Source: Ascidiella aspersa (taxonomy: Eukaryota). From it: 64,000 nucleotides of DNA. The notes beneath the pieces are model-generated. The model made no database searches and had not been told where the DNA came from. It saw only the letters and a list, made by a program, of their open reading frames with translations. The position numbers and the translations under genes were made by a program. This document shows, piece by piece, positions 26,101 through 40,100 of this stretch. The stretch covers positions 15,686,001 through 15,750,000 of the forward strand of contig OZ004612.1 of the NCBI GenBank assembly GCA_963924565.1. Reading direction: 5' to 3'. How positions within the stretch are numbered: the stretch's first letter is position 1; every line of letters starts with the position of its first letter.

Positions 26101-27531
26101 TTACGTATAGCCTATTATAAAACAGCAAAGGCGCTAATCGTCTCTCGACTGTTTGCCGCTAATTGTGTCTGAAATGGGTTAACTATCCCCTTATAAAGAT
26201 ATCAGCTGTGTGGAAGCGTCATCTAATAGAGTTGCGTGATACAAAAGTTTGAAGCCAAATGATACAGCTGATGATGAAAAAAGATTGTGATAATTTACAT
26301 TTATCGATCGGGAATAACTTTCAGGCGTAAAACTTTAGGTTGCAGAAGAATTGTTTAAACTTGCATGATAGTGTCATATCCAAGCAAATACGTAATCCCG
26401 CTGCTATACATTGCGGCAAGCGTAAAAAAATCCCCCTTGATAATAAAAATTGCTTACTGTTAAACTGCAATTAACGCAATATTTTGCAAACTCTGCCTAA
26501 AGATAGTTGCTTATTGCGCAATTTACGTCTCTCTCTTGAAACGAACATCGTCCGGTGGACAAACGAAGCCAAATATATTTAGCGATGCTATTGCAATTAA
26601 AATATCTAGTCACCAAGATTTTTATTTAACAACATGAAACACTTACGCAAAATAATTATAAAAAATTCCTCGAACGGCCTTTTTAACCGATCCCGATTTT
26701 TTTTTCGTTCTCGTGGAATGGCTCATATTTTTTTACTAAAACCACTGGGACACTAAACGGCGACAAATGTATGCTTTTCTAATTCCTATACTGGTTTTAA
26801 TTAACTTAGCTCTTTTATGTACAGGTGTCTAAATAGCTCTGTATTAATAGAACACCGGATATTTTAATCTACCCAATTAGTTGGCTGACTAAGACTTTTT
26901 GCAAGCAACACTAGTTTGGGACAAGTTTCAAATTGACGTTTCATTGTAATAACTGTGCCAACAAGAACGATAAAAACTCCTGCAAATGCAACGCGCACCA
27001 TAGAAGAACGGAAACTTATGTGTTTTATTACGAGCGCACAATATTGTACCACACAAAATACGGGGTTTTGAGCCACTATTTCGGAAGAATAACATCATCA
27101 AATACTAAAAGTGTTGTTCGTTTAACTCTTTTGAGATTTAATTTTAGTATGATATAATTAATAATAAAATTGAAACAAATAGGTAATTAAAAACATCTAA
27201 AAACTCTAAAATATATAATAAACATTATTCAATACAATTTGTCTTTATACAGTGCCACGTGATTTATTTACAAAACATTATGTTATACAGTGCTAATCTG
27301 CGCGTAATTTTAAAAGGTATTCCAAAGAATAAATTGTTTCAAATTTATTGTTTAGAAAAACAAAACTTGATTAAAAAACTACCCTTGCATGTTGGTATAC
27401 CTTTGTTCAATTTATCGTGAAATCCACGCAAGACGTAAATTTCAAGTCTTCGACGGTTTTCAAAATAGTAAGGTTTTCAAAACAAACAATGGTGTACGAA
27501 TACGATGACATATCGCTTGTGAACAACACTT

Positions 27532-30500
27532 TCAATGAGCTCCGCTATTAGCATTTTTCTCTTTTGCTTTCATGACGATTTCATAAACTCCACCGTCCAA
27601 CTTAACAAGTGTGTTGTTTTCGGAGCGGGCAAGGTGTACGTTGTTCGACCATGTGGATGCGGCTGACCTGAATAGCACGTCATTTAATAAACAAAAATGA
27701 GTAATTTAATAAGTACAAGATACGTTTCCGCATTTTGAAGTGAAAGCAAACTATTTAGTTTTCGGTCGATAAGTCTAACTATAGAAGCTTTTATATTTTT
27801 CTCACAGTTTTCTGTATTGGTATTTTACCGGAGTTAGCTTTTTACCTTTTTTGTATTGCTATTTTATTAACATATAAATTTTGTTTAGCGTAATTTTGCT
27901 AACCTCAGAAAAACTAGAGCTCGTGAACAAATTTCCATTTCTGTTGAAGAAAGAAGATCATTGACGTCACTCCATAACCAATCACATGACTCGTATTTCT
28001 TTTTCCATACCTCCATTACGTCACTTGTGTAATACATTTTAAAATTCTGCAAAAAGATAATAACCCAATTGGAAATTAATTCTATTTCGCTCAGTGATTT
28101 GTTGCAATACAGTTACAAGTATAGTCGTATTACCATTTAAATATAAATTAAATTGAAATGTTTAATGTGAAACACAAGTATAATACATTTTTCTACTCCG
28201 GCGCTTGCATTAGTGTTACAATTTATTTGTTGTGCACGTAACAAACTTCAATTTATTTTATATATTACTAAAGATAAAAAAACACTAACATATTTGTCTT
28301 TAAGGTGTTTTTTGACTTTTTTTAAAACATTTTGTTGAGATGGTGGAGACGCAACATAAACGTCAGTGACGCCTACAACTGTCATTTTGCTGGCGAGTCC
28401 TTCAGCAATCTGAGATGCATCTATCTTCAAAATGTTGGCACACATTTCCATTCTTGCTTGCGGCGCCCTGTTTTGTGTGCAGCTAAATAACGAAAATCAT
28501 TAATTTGTTAGCACCAGAATATCCCAGCTTTGTAAAATACTTGCTATGAAATAATCTCGCTGTGATTGCTATCTACTGTTTAAAATTCTGTACAAAAGCT
28601 TAAATTTTTGTGTATTGACACCGAAAGGTATTGTACCTTAACATCCAGTCCTCTTTGTTATATCTCCAATGAACACCTAAATATTTCCTGTTCCCCAGTA
28701 CTCTTTTTAAAAATTCGCTCGCCATATACTTGATGTGATTGGGAAAAGGAGTGAACCGAATAATTTCCGAATAAAGATCAACATCGCTAATTCTAAAAAA
28801 GTCTATCAAAAGAAAAAAATGTTTATTGGTAATGTCTTAAACCAGTTTGGTCTTTTTAAGTTACTAAAATAAGATGGGTATTCAGCAATCCACTCATAGG
28901 GGTCATGGAAAATATGAAACAAACATATGTCGTTTCAAACTAGGGCTGCGTAGTTGGAGTCGGACTCGGGACTCGAGTAAGACCGCGTAAAACTACCTGA
29001 GTCCCGAGTCCGACGTGCGCATGCGCAGTATCTAATTTTAAAACTGTTAAGGCGGCAAAATGTAAGTTGTAAAAGTGTAATCTAGTAAATGTGAAATATT
29101 TTTAAATCGTTTAATGCGGGTGGATCAATTATGACACCAATATGAGTGGATTGCAGAAAATCCACTTTAACTGAGTTGAGTAAATGGGTTTAATACAGGC
29201 TGTAGAGTCAGAGCTGGACTCGGGACTCGACAAAATCTTACATTTGGCTAGAGTCGGACTCGGGTTGTTTTTAACCGACTCCGCAGTCCTGTTTCAAACA
29301 CCATATGCTATTCCACCTTAACAATTTACAGTTATCGGCTTTATCAATTTCCAAATTTGGTACTACGTACACGTCGGGTAAAAAGAGTAAACCCAACTTC
29401 ATAAGTTATATTCTGTAAAGATATCGTAACCTGCTGAAAAAAAAGAACTATTACGAACAGAATTGTGCCCGCTATTTTGGAATATACTTTGACGATTTTC
29501 AGTCAATACCTAGAAGTCTTAACTATCAGTTTCGCTTTTAGCTGGGTTTCTCAGTCGCACAAAAACACACGTGCTTACTTTTTGTAGAATGCCCTGCTTT
29601 AACGCAGTAAACACCACTCTAACTTTAGGGAATTGTGACGTAATACAAACAGTTAGTCGTAAACAACAAGTTTAACGTCCACAAAAATAATGTTAAATAC
29701 AACAGCTAAGACACTAGTTTGTGACACGAACACTGCCGGATCATTTGGCGTGCCCTGAAAAATCATCTCGCGTGCCAGGGGTTACCGACCCCTGGTTTAA
29801 TTAATGTACGTAATTGATACCATTGATATTTAAAAATCTCACGTAAACTTTAGTTTATAGCAGTGGTTCTTAAACTGGGGGGCGCGCGAGGTTTACAAGG
29901 GGGGCGCGAAAATTGACAAAATCTGTATTAGTTATGACTAATCTTTATGGTGATCATTGAAATGGACAACATCGAGTTATCACACATTAGTTTTTTCTGT
30001 CCTGAAGAATATTCCTGTTGATTTTAAGGTTAGAATTTTCGTTTTGTGAGGAGATGATTCCACAAAAACTTTAGGCTAACGCAATAATCACGTGATTAAG
30101 TTACCCGCTCTGATCGGCCATTCGAGGAAAACATGGTGTGTGCCGCACGCACGCACGCATGCGATTAAAAACGATATTTGTTAATACCAAAATTTGTTTA
30201 ATTTTTCGTAATGTTTAATACAGCGTTTCTCAACCGGTGCGCCGTGGAAGGTGGCCAGGTGCGCCGCGAGAAAATGGGGGGAAAATGTTACAAAAATTCT
30301 GTATTATTTGTAGAATTTGCGAATAATTTTAGAATAAACTCTAGTCACTATTTTCTGTGAATAAACACTGAGCAATATGACTGGATTCGTAGCCCTTATC
30401 GAAGTCCCAATGGTTGATGTTGGCTCTTCGCTAACAAAGAAACAGGAACTATTGCAACATATCTAGCGGGGCTTCCGCCATTAGACCGCAATTAAAACAA

Positions 30501-33500
30501 CAGCAACTTCGGCATAAAAAACAGTTCGGAGTAAGACCAAAATAGGACTAATACCTAATACTCGTAATAGCGTTAAAATCGAAATAAGGCCTTTGCTACC
30601 TTTTACTTAACCCCAAACCGGCACCCAAACGTCGACACCAAAACGGACGATGCCAAGAATATGTCCTTTAATCGTCCCATACCCTGTTTTTTTACAGTTT
30701 TGGGCGTTATTTTGTCTATTTAGGTTTTTTCCGTTACATTTTGGATTTATTCCGAGTTAGACGTTGTTGCTTTTGGGGCTTATTCTGTGTTTCCATCGAA
30801 CTTTAACTAACATACCGTGTGATTTCATAATTTACAACATGAAAGGCCTATTTCATTTATTTTCTTTCTCTTTAGGCATGTCTTATTGAGCACATCGTAT
30901 TTTATAGCAGGGCTGTGGAGTCGGGAGTCATATTTGGGACTCGACGTACCGTAATCGATTTGTTTTGCTGAAATCGAACTGATGGAGTCCCGAGTTCGAC
31001 GTGCACAGTACCATAATGCCGCCAAAATGCAAGTTAAAAAGGCGAAATAGCATATGGTGGATATTTTCCAGCAATGTATTGTGGTTGGATGAAATATATG
31101 ACACCCCTATGAGGGGATTGTTGAAAATCCACCTTAATTTAGTTACGTAAATGGGAAAAATAAATGCTGTAGGGTTGCAGACGGACTTGGAATTTGACGA
31201 AATCACACATTTGGCCGGAATCTGACTCTGGAGTTGGAGTCGGGTTATTTTTATCCGACTCCGCAAGCTGCTTTATAGATAATAGAATTGGGAGCCTGAT
31301 GTAATAAAAACTGCCAGCAAAAAACAAAGTATCCAAACAAAGTTAGCAGTCGACTCGCTCGTCAGGTGCGCCGCCAAGTTTTGAAAGGTTTACAAGTGCG
31401 CCCTGGGGTGAAAAAGGTTGAGAAACACTGGTTTAATAAAAGAGAAAGTGCTAATACTGTTAATTGTTTGAAAATACTGTTCATTGTTACGTCAAACACT
31501 ACCAGGTTGAAGGCTTTTTAATCATTTTGTTTTCGCTTTTGAAGAGTTTTTGCGTGTTGAGTTCTGTTTTATAAGGCTCAGTTAAAAACTTTTACCCAGC
31601 ATTAGGGTTGTTAAGAATGAACTTTTTTTTGAAAAATTATGTTTTCGGCTTGATTTCCCATATGTGTTACATAAAAATCAGTTTCATAAGTTTACAAAAC
31701 AATTGGACAAGATTTAGGGGCTCCGCAGACACTCGAAAATTACAGCACTGAAATTGCTAAAATCTGGGACTTCCCTTAATACGATACTGTACGTTTTTCT
31801 TTACAAACACAGAAGCCTTGTAATTTTTATATTAAACAATGTCAAGAAAGCATTACTAATCTATTTTCCAGTTTTATATAATTTAAAATGTATTCTTAAA
31901 GCCCCCAAATCCATACTCCACCCCATTTTTAGAGATTTTTGACGTCATTTTTGAGTGTTTTTAAGGTCCCTGATCTGGAATTGGCCACTGAAACCGCGGT
32001 AAATTTGTCAGAAATTCCGCGTTTCAAAATATGGCAACCCTAGGTTAGGCTGGGTTAAAAACAGTTACATCCTTTGTATTAATGAACTTGCCTAGAAATA
32101 AGTTGCTGTTACGCTTAATGTTTTTTGATTTTGAAACAAGGTGGGGCGCGAGTTTGGTTAAAATTGTAAAAAGGGGGCGTGTCTCAAAAAGTATAAGAAC
32201 CACTGGTCTATAGTCTATTATAGTACTGTATGCCCCTTAACAACCAAAGACACAAGTTTTTTCAATAATCAAATTTTGATAGCTAATTTTGTAGCTAATT
32301 TGTTTTTAATCATTCTTAGGGTCCTTATCAATGCGAGCATAAATTAACACTTCCGAATTATACGCGCCATTGCAATATTTAAGTCAGAGCAAAAAAGCAC
32401 CTTATTATAACAAGTTTTTAGGTGCATGAATAAAAACAATGGGAAGCTTTTCATTGACTTCACTAGGAGATAAAACTATTGCGTCACAACTTCAAACGTC
32501 ATGCTTTCTTGTAATGAATATTTAATTGCAGTAAAACATTGTTTGTTATTAGAAAAGTATAATCATACTAATGACCGTCTTGCTCATGCCACTGGATAAA
32601 TAAAAAGAAGGTCATTAATTACACTTTGCAAAAACAAAAAAACTGTATACCTATTGACGAAGGAGTCCTCCCTATAGGTTTTTTGGCACGTATCCGTAGG
32701 TTTGTGAAGTGAAAAGGATGGACCGCACATCTTTTCTGAAATAAACGAATATATTTAAATTGCCCTTATAATGTGATAAATTATTAGTTACTTGATAATA
32801 AATTTCAAAGCCAAAAAGGTCGAGTAGATCGACAGCATCTTGATTAAGACGTTTCGATACGATGTTAGTTACTTGGTAGAAACTTATATTTAGGTTAATA
32901 TATCAATAAAATATCTTTGCAGATTAATTACGTTTGTGCTGTACATTTCCAGTATGGCTGCTGAATCAAATATAAGCATTCCATTCCCTTGTTTGTGTTG
33001 TGTTTTGTCTATCGGATATTCAATGATATTATCGAACAGATCTCCTGTCGACTGTAATGATGAACATTTTTAATGAACAGAAGAAATTCGAAAACGTTTT
33101 TAACGAGGTTTAAAAAAAACGTTAGGACAAGGGTATTATACATAAAACAATTTTCCGAACTGCCTGAGGTTGATGTACTTATTCAACAAAACAAATTCTT
33201 AAATGTAGACTGTTTGAATTGGTCTTACTTCATCCACTAAAGTTATTTTTATTTCCTGTTCAACTCTCTTATATGCACGATAAGACATTATTCTTGTTAG
33301 CAAGATAGCATCTGCTGTGTTTGCGCATTTCTTTCTGTATTCCTCCATGCTGATTATAGGGAGTAAGTGAGCCAGTTGATTGAGGTCAACCCGATGCCAA
33401 GCACTTATGTCGCTGAAACAACAAATTAAGATACTTTTGTTTAATATTATAATCAGTGGGTTAACCAGCAAAGGTTACTGCTATTTTGTTTATTGTTACT

Positions 33501-35223
33501 TCTCCATTGGTTTAAATTTAACTTTTTATTTGTTTTTGTCCCAGAATGGTACAGTACGTTTAAATCTATCCCTATTTACCATCTCAGGGTTTAATTTGGA
33601 TACCGGCAAATGTTATAACTTTACGAGGTTACATGTTTTATATATTAAATGATAGACAGCTGACAGGAAACAAACATATATAAACTGTTGCCACCAGGAA
33701 TAGTAATACGCTATTAATCCAAACATAGCTCTTCTGGTAATTGTAATTCTATACAAACTTTTCGGCAACCTATGCAAATCGCCTTCGTCAGGGTAAGCAA
33801 ACATGTATTATCACATTTTAGATGTTTAAAATATTTGTAATAAGTAAACCATAGGTGCAATCAACCTATAAAAAATTGCTCTGCAGCAGTTACACTGTAG
33901 TATAAAAGAGTGTTCAGTTTACCGAATCTGAATTTTAAATGGGTTGATCTGAATTCTGTCAAATGATTTTTTCCTTGTTAATTAAAATCACGACATATAC
34001 ACTTTAATTAGTTCGCGTGATAAATAAATATTAAAATAACATATAAGATTTCGGAGTCCTCCTGTAGGACGTGACAAAAATGTTAAAACAAGCACCGCTT
34101 TGCAGCATATGTTCCAAACTTACCTTCCGATTCTATGTTTGAAGAATCTTGGGACAACTATCGTTCGGTTAAGTTCAATTGCAATATAAATCGCTTTCCT
34201 AAACCCCACGAGTTGATTATTTGGGCCGTTTATTAGAGTAGGAAGGAGGAACTTTTCACGGTCTATATTTAACAAAGGCGTGAGATTTTGATTTAGTTCA
34301 GTATTCCACTTTACTGGGCATTTATTGGATTTTCCAGATTTAGCCTTTTCGTTAGTTACATAATTATTTGTTGTTGTCGGTTGTGTTAATTCTTTTTTGT
34401 CACTGTACTCTGATTGTTTCTTGGTTGGTTTCTGAACAGGTAACTTAGTTGTTGTTGTCGGTTGTATGAATTCTTTTTTGCCACTGTGCTCTGATTGTTT
34501 CTTGGTTGGTTTCTGAACAGGTAACTTATTTGCTGTTGTCGGTTGTATGAATTCTTTTTTGCCACTGTGCTCTGATTGTTTCTTGGTTGGTTTCTGAACA
34601 GGTAACTTAGTTGTTGTTGTCGGTTGTATGAATTCTTTTTTGCCACTGTGCTCTGATTGTTTCTTGGTTGGTTTCTGAACAGGTAACTTAGTTGTTGTTG
34701 TCGGTTGTATGAATTTTTTTTTGCCACTGTGCTCTGATTGTTTCTTGGTTGGTTTCTGAACAGGTAACTTATTTGCTGTTGTCGGTTGTAAGAATTCTTT
34801 TTTGCCACTGTACTCTGATTTTTTCTTGGTTGGTTTCTGAACAAGTAACTTCGTTTCTTTATCAAACAGTTTTTGCTTCGGTTTATTTTTAGTATTAGAC
34901 GCGTTGTTTGTTGTCTTAACTTTCTTCGTTTCGAAGTGTTTCGCTGAATCTTTTTTGCTATTAATCCGTTCTGGTTTCATAGCCGAATCATCTTTTTGCG
35001 TCACTTGTTTTGTTATACTACCTTCGAGTTTTGGAGTCAAGTAATTCCATTGCTTAAAAGACGGTTTCAATGTATTTCCTTTCGAGTGTTTTGGCACATA
35101 GATATTCCACTGTCGTTCACCTTGTGTGCTGTGAGAAAGTTTCGTGTAATATAAAAATGTAAAGATTGTGACCAAACAGAATACTGGAAGAATTTTTCCC
35201 CAGAAAGTCTTCGCAAATGTCAT
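27532..35223 (-). CDS. O-fucosyltransferase-family type II membrane glycosyltransferase, paralog C with repeat-expanded stem, 8 exons, 708 aa
   Basis: ATG at 35223 (the ORF-track start at 35247 is GTG). Exons 35223-34124, 33412-33229, 33051-32932, 32735-32651, 28802-28637, 28482-28290, 28046-27904, 27667-27532. In frame (2127 nt). Motifs INGPNNQLVG, YLGVHWRYNKEDW, VYVASPP, EMEICSRALVFLRSAASTWS. Confidence 0.92.
28941..29291. mobile_element. hAT-type MITE, GAGTCGG-rich family, copy 1 (intron 4 of paralog C)
   Basis: TIRs TAGGGCTGCGTAGT / ACTCCGCAGTCCTG. Perfect TSD TTTCAAAC at 28933-28940 and 29292-29299. Confidence 0.9.
30221..31430. mobile_element. hAT (Charlie-like) MITE, middle layer of the nested stack
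   Basis: TIRs CAGCGTTTCTCAACC / GGTTGAGAAACACTG. Perfect TSD GTTTAATA at 30213-30220 and 31431-31438. Confidence 0.9.
30908..31270. mobile_element. hAT-type MITE, GAGTCGG-rich family, copy 2 (inner layer)
   Basis: TIRs CAGGGCTGTGGAGTCGG / CCGACTCCGCAAGCTG. TSD TTTTATAG / CTTTATAG. Colinear with 28941-29291. Confidence 0.87.
34366..34851 (-). repeat. Coding minisatellite: 6 x 81 bp (27 aa) in the stem of paralog C
   Basis: Unit KLPVQKPTKKQSEHSGKKEFIQPTTTT occurs six times in frame with few substitutions. Confidence 0.97.
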
Positions 35224-37113
35224 TCTAGTTGTTCCTGGATCTGCCACATTTTAGGGCGATTTATGAATCCCCAGTCGTCTTATTCTTCTTTCAATACACT
35301 AACATCAGTTTAATAGAACTTTTAATGTTATCTAAATTCCACCTGAGCTACCAAACAAAATAAACGAAGGTAAAAAAACGTAAATTCAACTCCTTGGTAG
35401 CCAATAAAATGTTAAAACTTTGGCCTAAAACTTACTAGCAGTTAGCTGTTCAATCTGCCACATAGTTGAAATGTAAACTCTTTCTACACTTGCCTGAGGC
35501 AATTTCTAAGGAGCAAAGTAAAGTCGGGCAAATAAAACTGCCATGACAAACGCTTTCAGGATTTTGTAGTAAATTATGAAACAACAGCGTTGACTACTGT
35601 TAAGATGGACAATGCCTTGTGTGAGTATTGGCAATCAAATTTAATACAAAAACACTTCTTTTTAGTTTAGTAAACTTCTATCCGTATGCGGATTTGTTTT
35701 AAGCGTAAAATACACTTTATTTGTTTATTTAATGATTATACCAGTGATTTGAACTATATTAGATGCCTATAGGAATATTACAAGCTCATATCGTGATTAT
35801 GCTGCTCCGATATTACTGATCTACTTTTCAACCAGCGGTGGATAACAGGTTTGTCATTGGGGACCATAACCTATGAATTGTTGTAACTGTGTTGGACTGT
35901 TCTTATTAATCATGCGATCAGCAAAATGTTTTTCCCTGCATTGCAAATTGCTTCAGGCGGTAGGCGACATTTATCATGGTGTGACAAAAAATGTAAGGTG
36001 TTTAAATACCAGCGATATAAAAAATAACCATGCTCGGAAGCCAAGTGTTTTGTAATACATTCTGTACAACGGGCAGTCTGACATTGTAAATAAATACAAA
36101 GCTTTTAGAAACGCAAACGAAATATATATAATATATCACGCGGTATTCATAAGTAACGAAAACGAATATCTCGTTTTTTTCAAAAAACGCAATATATTTT
36201 TTACTTTTTTTACTTTTTGTATGCCACAACGTGTCGTCATAAAACACCTCAAGACACGTGGACCTACTAAATGTCTAGTTTACTGAAAATAGCGAATCAC
36301 TACTTAAACTGAGACAAATACCCTCTAAAGCTGACTATATCTTAAACTTTCTGTTACTTTCGTTGCATTTCGCACTACGTTGATTTAACTGCATATAGAC
36401 GAGACCTTAAAAAAATTTCAAAAAAAAACGTTCAAAAAAGTACATTTACAAAACTATCATTTTAGCATGATACGCACGGACGTTCAAATTATTAGTTTTT
36501 GAGGCTAAAAACTTGAAAAGACAAACCGAAGTTCGCTTGAAGAAAATAAACGTCAACGATATTTGCAATTAATGTAGAAAAATCTAATTTGGGGTTGTGG
36601 CTTCTTGAAAAACAAATAAACTTTCACTATCATACCCTTTCGGCAACATAATTTTTTCTTGGTTTGTTCCGGCAGTATTGTTTTACCGCAAAGGCCGTTC
36701 CAGAATATCCCGGCTTACTTTCACCACCTATAACGAATAAAGTTTTTTAAACATGTTTGATTTTTTATTATTTTTAAAATGTACTGCGTGGCAATTTCAA
36801 TGCCACCAGGGAAAGCAAACTTGTTGTATTTTATTTTTATTTTAACCCGTCTGATGTTTACGAGCGGCCCACCACTAATTACCTCTTTCAGAAGCCTTTA
36901 TTTGAAACAATTGTTTCGACTGTCACCAAAACGTGTAGGACGCGCACTCGTGCAGAATTTGATGTACACCTAATCTCAATTTTTTTTGATACCATACTTT
37001 TGTCTAATGTCGCGTTTACAGGCATCGATTGGTTGTGCCCATCAATGTTAGGCAAAATGTGTATTTTTTGCAGACCGTGTTAAGAAAATATATGAGCTCA
37101 AAGTTGTCGTACC

Positions 37114-40100
37114 CAGTGTTTTTTTAAGGTGTTTTTTTTTCAAATTTCTCCAGCGGTTTCCCTAAAATTTGGACTTGCAACTACAGTAGAAAAGTAATGG
37201 TTGTTTCTCGCTATGTCTTGTCGATAATACGAATACAGCCTACGATCAATAGTTCACGTCCGGAAAAAAGAATAAGTGGAGTGGAGGTACAGCTAACAGC
37301 TGAATCAGAGAGTTATTCACAAAAGAAGTGCACCTTCGATACTCGTCAATGTTTATTTCTGATTTATGGCGCATAATGATCAGTTTTTACGTGTGGAAAC
37401 ATAACAAGCAGAAGCCAACAAGCACACTTTGTTTGATTATGCAGCAAACGTGTTTGGCGGCCGTGTTGGGCAGGCTGTTTTGTCGCTGTCACAATCATTT
37501 AAGCTGTGCCTTGTCGAATAATTCATTTTATGTTGCGTTGATTGTATGTAGTTTAAATGCTTAGGTTTGTACCGCATCTTTAGAGATTAATGTTTGTCCT
37601 AAAGTAACCTTTGAAATCAGAAATAACGTAATAATTGCTTTTCTTGCGAAACCTAGATTCGAGTTAGTTCTATTCCTTCTAGACTCTTCTCTGACTTAAA
37701 CTGAATATTATGAAGCTTATGATGTCATAAACGTATTTACTCAACCTGAAGTTTAGTTTTAACAATTGTTTGTGACGTAACTTAACCGAAGCTTCTCGTA
37801 GGTGGGAGAATATTTTTGGCATTGTATAAGGCGGCATATTTTGAGTGTAAAAGAGAGGAAGGACAGAAATTAAGAAATACGTTGAAGTGCTGACAGTTGC
37901 TATCAAGTTTTAATGCGTTATTTGCAAGTGCTATTGTAGATTACATCGCCCTTTTTGCCAGTTCTCTGAAGATTTTGATTAGCGATCTCAGAAGTAGAAC
38001 TATTCAGTCGTTAATTGATCAGCGATCTCTTTCCTAGTAAAAGAAAAGGAAGACGTGACAGTCGCTATCTTGAGCATTTTTGAGATAGAAAGATTGTTTT
38101 TGCGATAAAATTTAGAATAGGCTATTTCTTAAATACTCTTTCTATTTTTTAACTTAAAACTTTTAAGTTTTTGTGAGTTATTTCAGGTGAAAATGTCGCA
38201 GCGTAAACGCTTATCCTCTGATAAACCCAACAATCGAAGTATAAAGCAGTTCTTTTCTGGTAAACCGAAAACACGAACTGCTGCTCTAACCCCCGAAACC
38301 GCATCTGCCAACAGCACCACAAGTTCTGATTGTGTTTTACTGAATGACCGCAATTCTGCTGAAAATGTTCAAGAGCAGTCGACTTTCCTGTTGCATCGTC
38401 GACGACTGTTTCAGCTGCACCATCCAACAAAATATTTCAATCGTGGATTAAACTGAAAGGTTTTGATGATGCTCTACGAATGAACGTGTTCACCCTCCAT
38501 GCTGACGGAGGCATAATATGTTTGCTTTGCTCTAAGCATCCAGTAGCTATCACTGGCCGAGGCAAGTTTGCTGAAGTTTACACCTGCGTACCCGCCAGAC
38601 CTCAGCGCCCCTCTCGTCTGGATATGCATCTGAGCTCGGAGCAACACCAGCAAGCAGTTAAACTGGAACAGAACCAACGTGTCTCGCTATTTCACACAAA
38701 GTATCAAGATCGTGTATTAAATAACAACAGTGGCTGAGAGAGTACACCTAATTTACTGGGTACTGAAAGAGGAAGTAGTGAATCGAAAAGTTGCTTCCTT
38801 GCAAACACTGGTTGACCGCATTGGTCACAATGACCGGCTTCGTGACCTGCGACATACCAGTTCAACAGCAGTGACGGAGTTTATTTTGCTCATCTCCGAC
38901 CATCTGATTGATCGCATCGTTGCTGATGTCAAGCAAAGCCTATGCTGGGCTACCATGGTCGATGAGACAACCGATATTGCTACTTTGCAGCAATATATTA
39001 CATTTGTTCAGTACGTCAATAAAAAGGGACGCCAGGCAACTGAATTTTTGAATATCCGTCGGATAGACGCTCTCTGGGCAATTGCTGCCAACCTATTCCG
39101 ACTCTGGAAAGAGGTCGCTGCTGACTACAGTCTTGATTTGGGTAAACATGTCGCTATTGCACGCGATGGAGCTGCTGCAATGATAGGCCGCCGAAATTTC
39201 CTCTCACAGAAATTCACTGCACAAAATCCGATTACCTACACAGTGCATTGCCATGCGCATCGCTTAGCCTTGGCATGTACGGACACGGTAAAGTGGCTTA
39301 TTCCAGACGTCGAAGTACTTTTCAATTTCGCCGCTCAAGACCGCAAAACTACAAGAAATGCAAACTGTTGATGTTGATTCGTCTGCGCGAAAACTAGTTA
39401 AAGCCTGCCGTACTAGCTGGCTATCTCATGGTCAGGCTGTAATCGCAATAAAAGCAGAACTACCTGCTGTACACGCTACGCTCCAATATTTTGCTACTGA
39501 GAAGAAAGATTGCACAGCAGTTGGTATTCTTCATTTAATTTGCTCCAAACGCTTTCTTTTCTCCCTTTACTTGCTGAATGCTGCTTTAGTCCATCTCAAC
39601 AAGTTATCATTGCTGTTTCAAAAGGGTAGTTTTCACTTTTCTCACATGCAGTCGGCTCTTTCAATATGCAAAAAAGAGATTAAGAGCATTGCCAATTCAG
39701 ATCAGGTTTTAAACAGCCTAAAACTTGACTGGGAGAAGATTTCAAAAATTTTAACAAGATCTCAAAATACACTTCTTGAAGATGATTTTAAACTGCTGCG
39801 ATTGACCACAGAAACATACTACATGTGAGGCACTGCTCTGTAATCTCGAAGAACGTTTCCCTGAGCCTGAGGTACTCTCTGCTTTTCGAATCTTTTATGC
39901 TATTGAGATTCCTCTTGATACCCCTCAGCGCCAGCTTTATGGGAATGATGATCTCTCGCTGCTTATCAGAAGATTTGACATTGTTCTTGCTGAACAAACC
40001 TTGAAAGTACTAAATGACTATCAAACGTTGAAAGGTAGAATGACAATGCCAGAATTTGAGTTCTGCCAAGATCCCGGTGATGTCTGCAGCAAAATTGCTC

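Larger units (their letters stand above)
29861..32205. mobile_element. hAT (Charlie-like) non-autonomous element, outer layer of a nested stack
   Basis: TIRs CAGTGGTTCTTAAAC / GTATAAGAACCACTG with GGGGGCGCG subterminal motifs at both ends. TSD GTTTATAG / GTCTATAG. Confidence 0.85.

Noticed and set aside
31603-32042. Possible additional nested element (TAGGGTTG...GGCAACCCTA)
   Set aside because: TIR match is short and the flanking 8-mers do not match.
34386-34865. 159-aa alternative-frame ORF with NQ-rich repeats
   Set aside because: By-product of the stop-free 81-bp repeat in another frame of paralog C exon 1.
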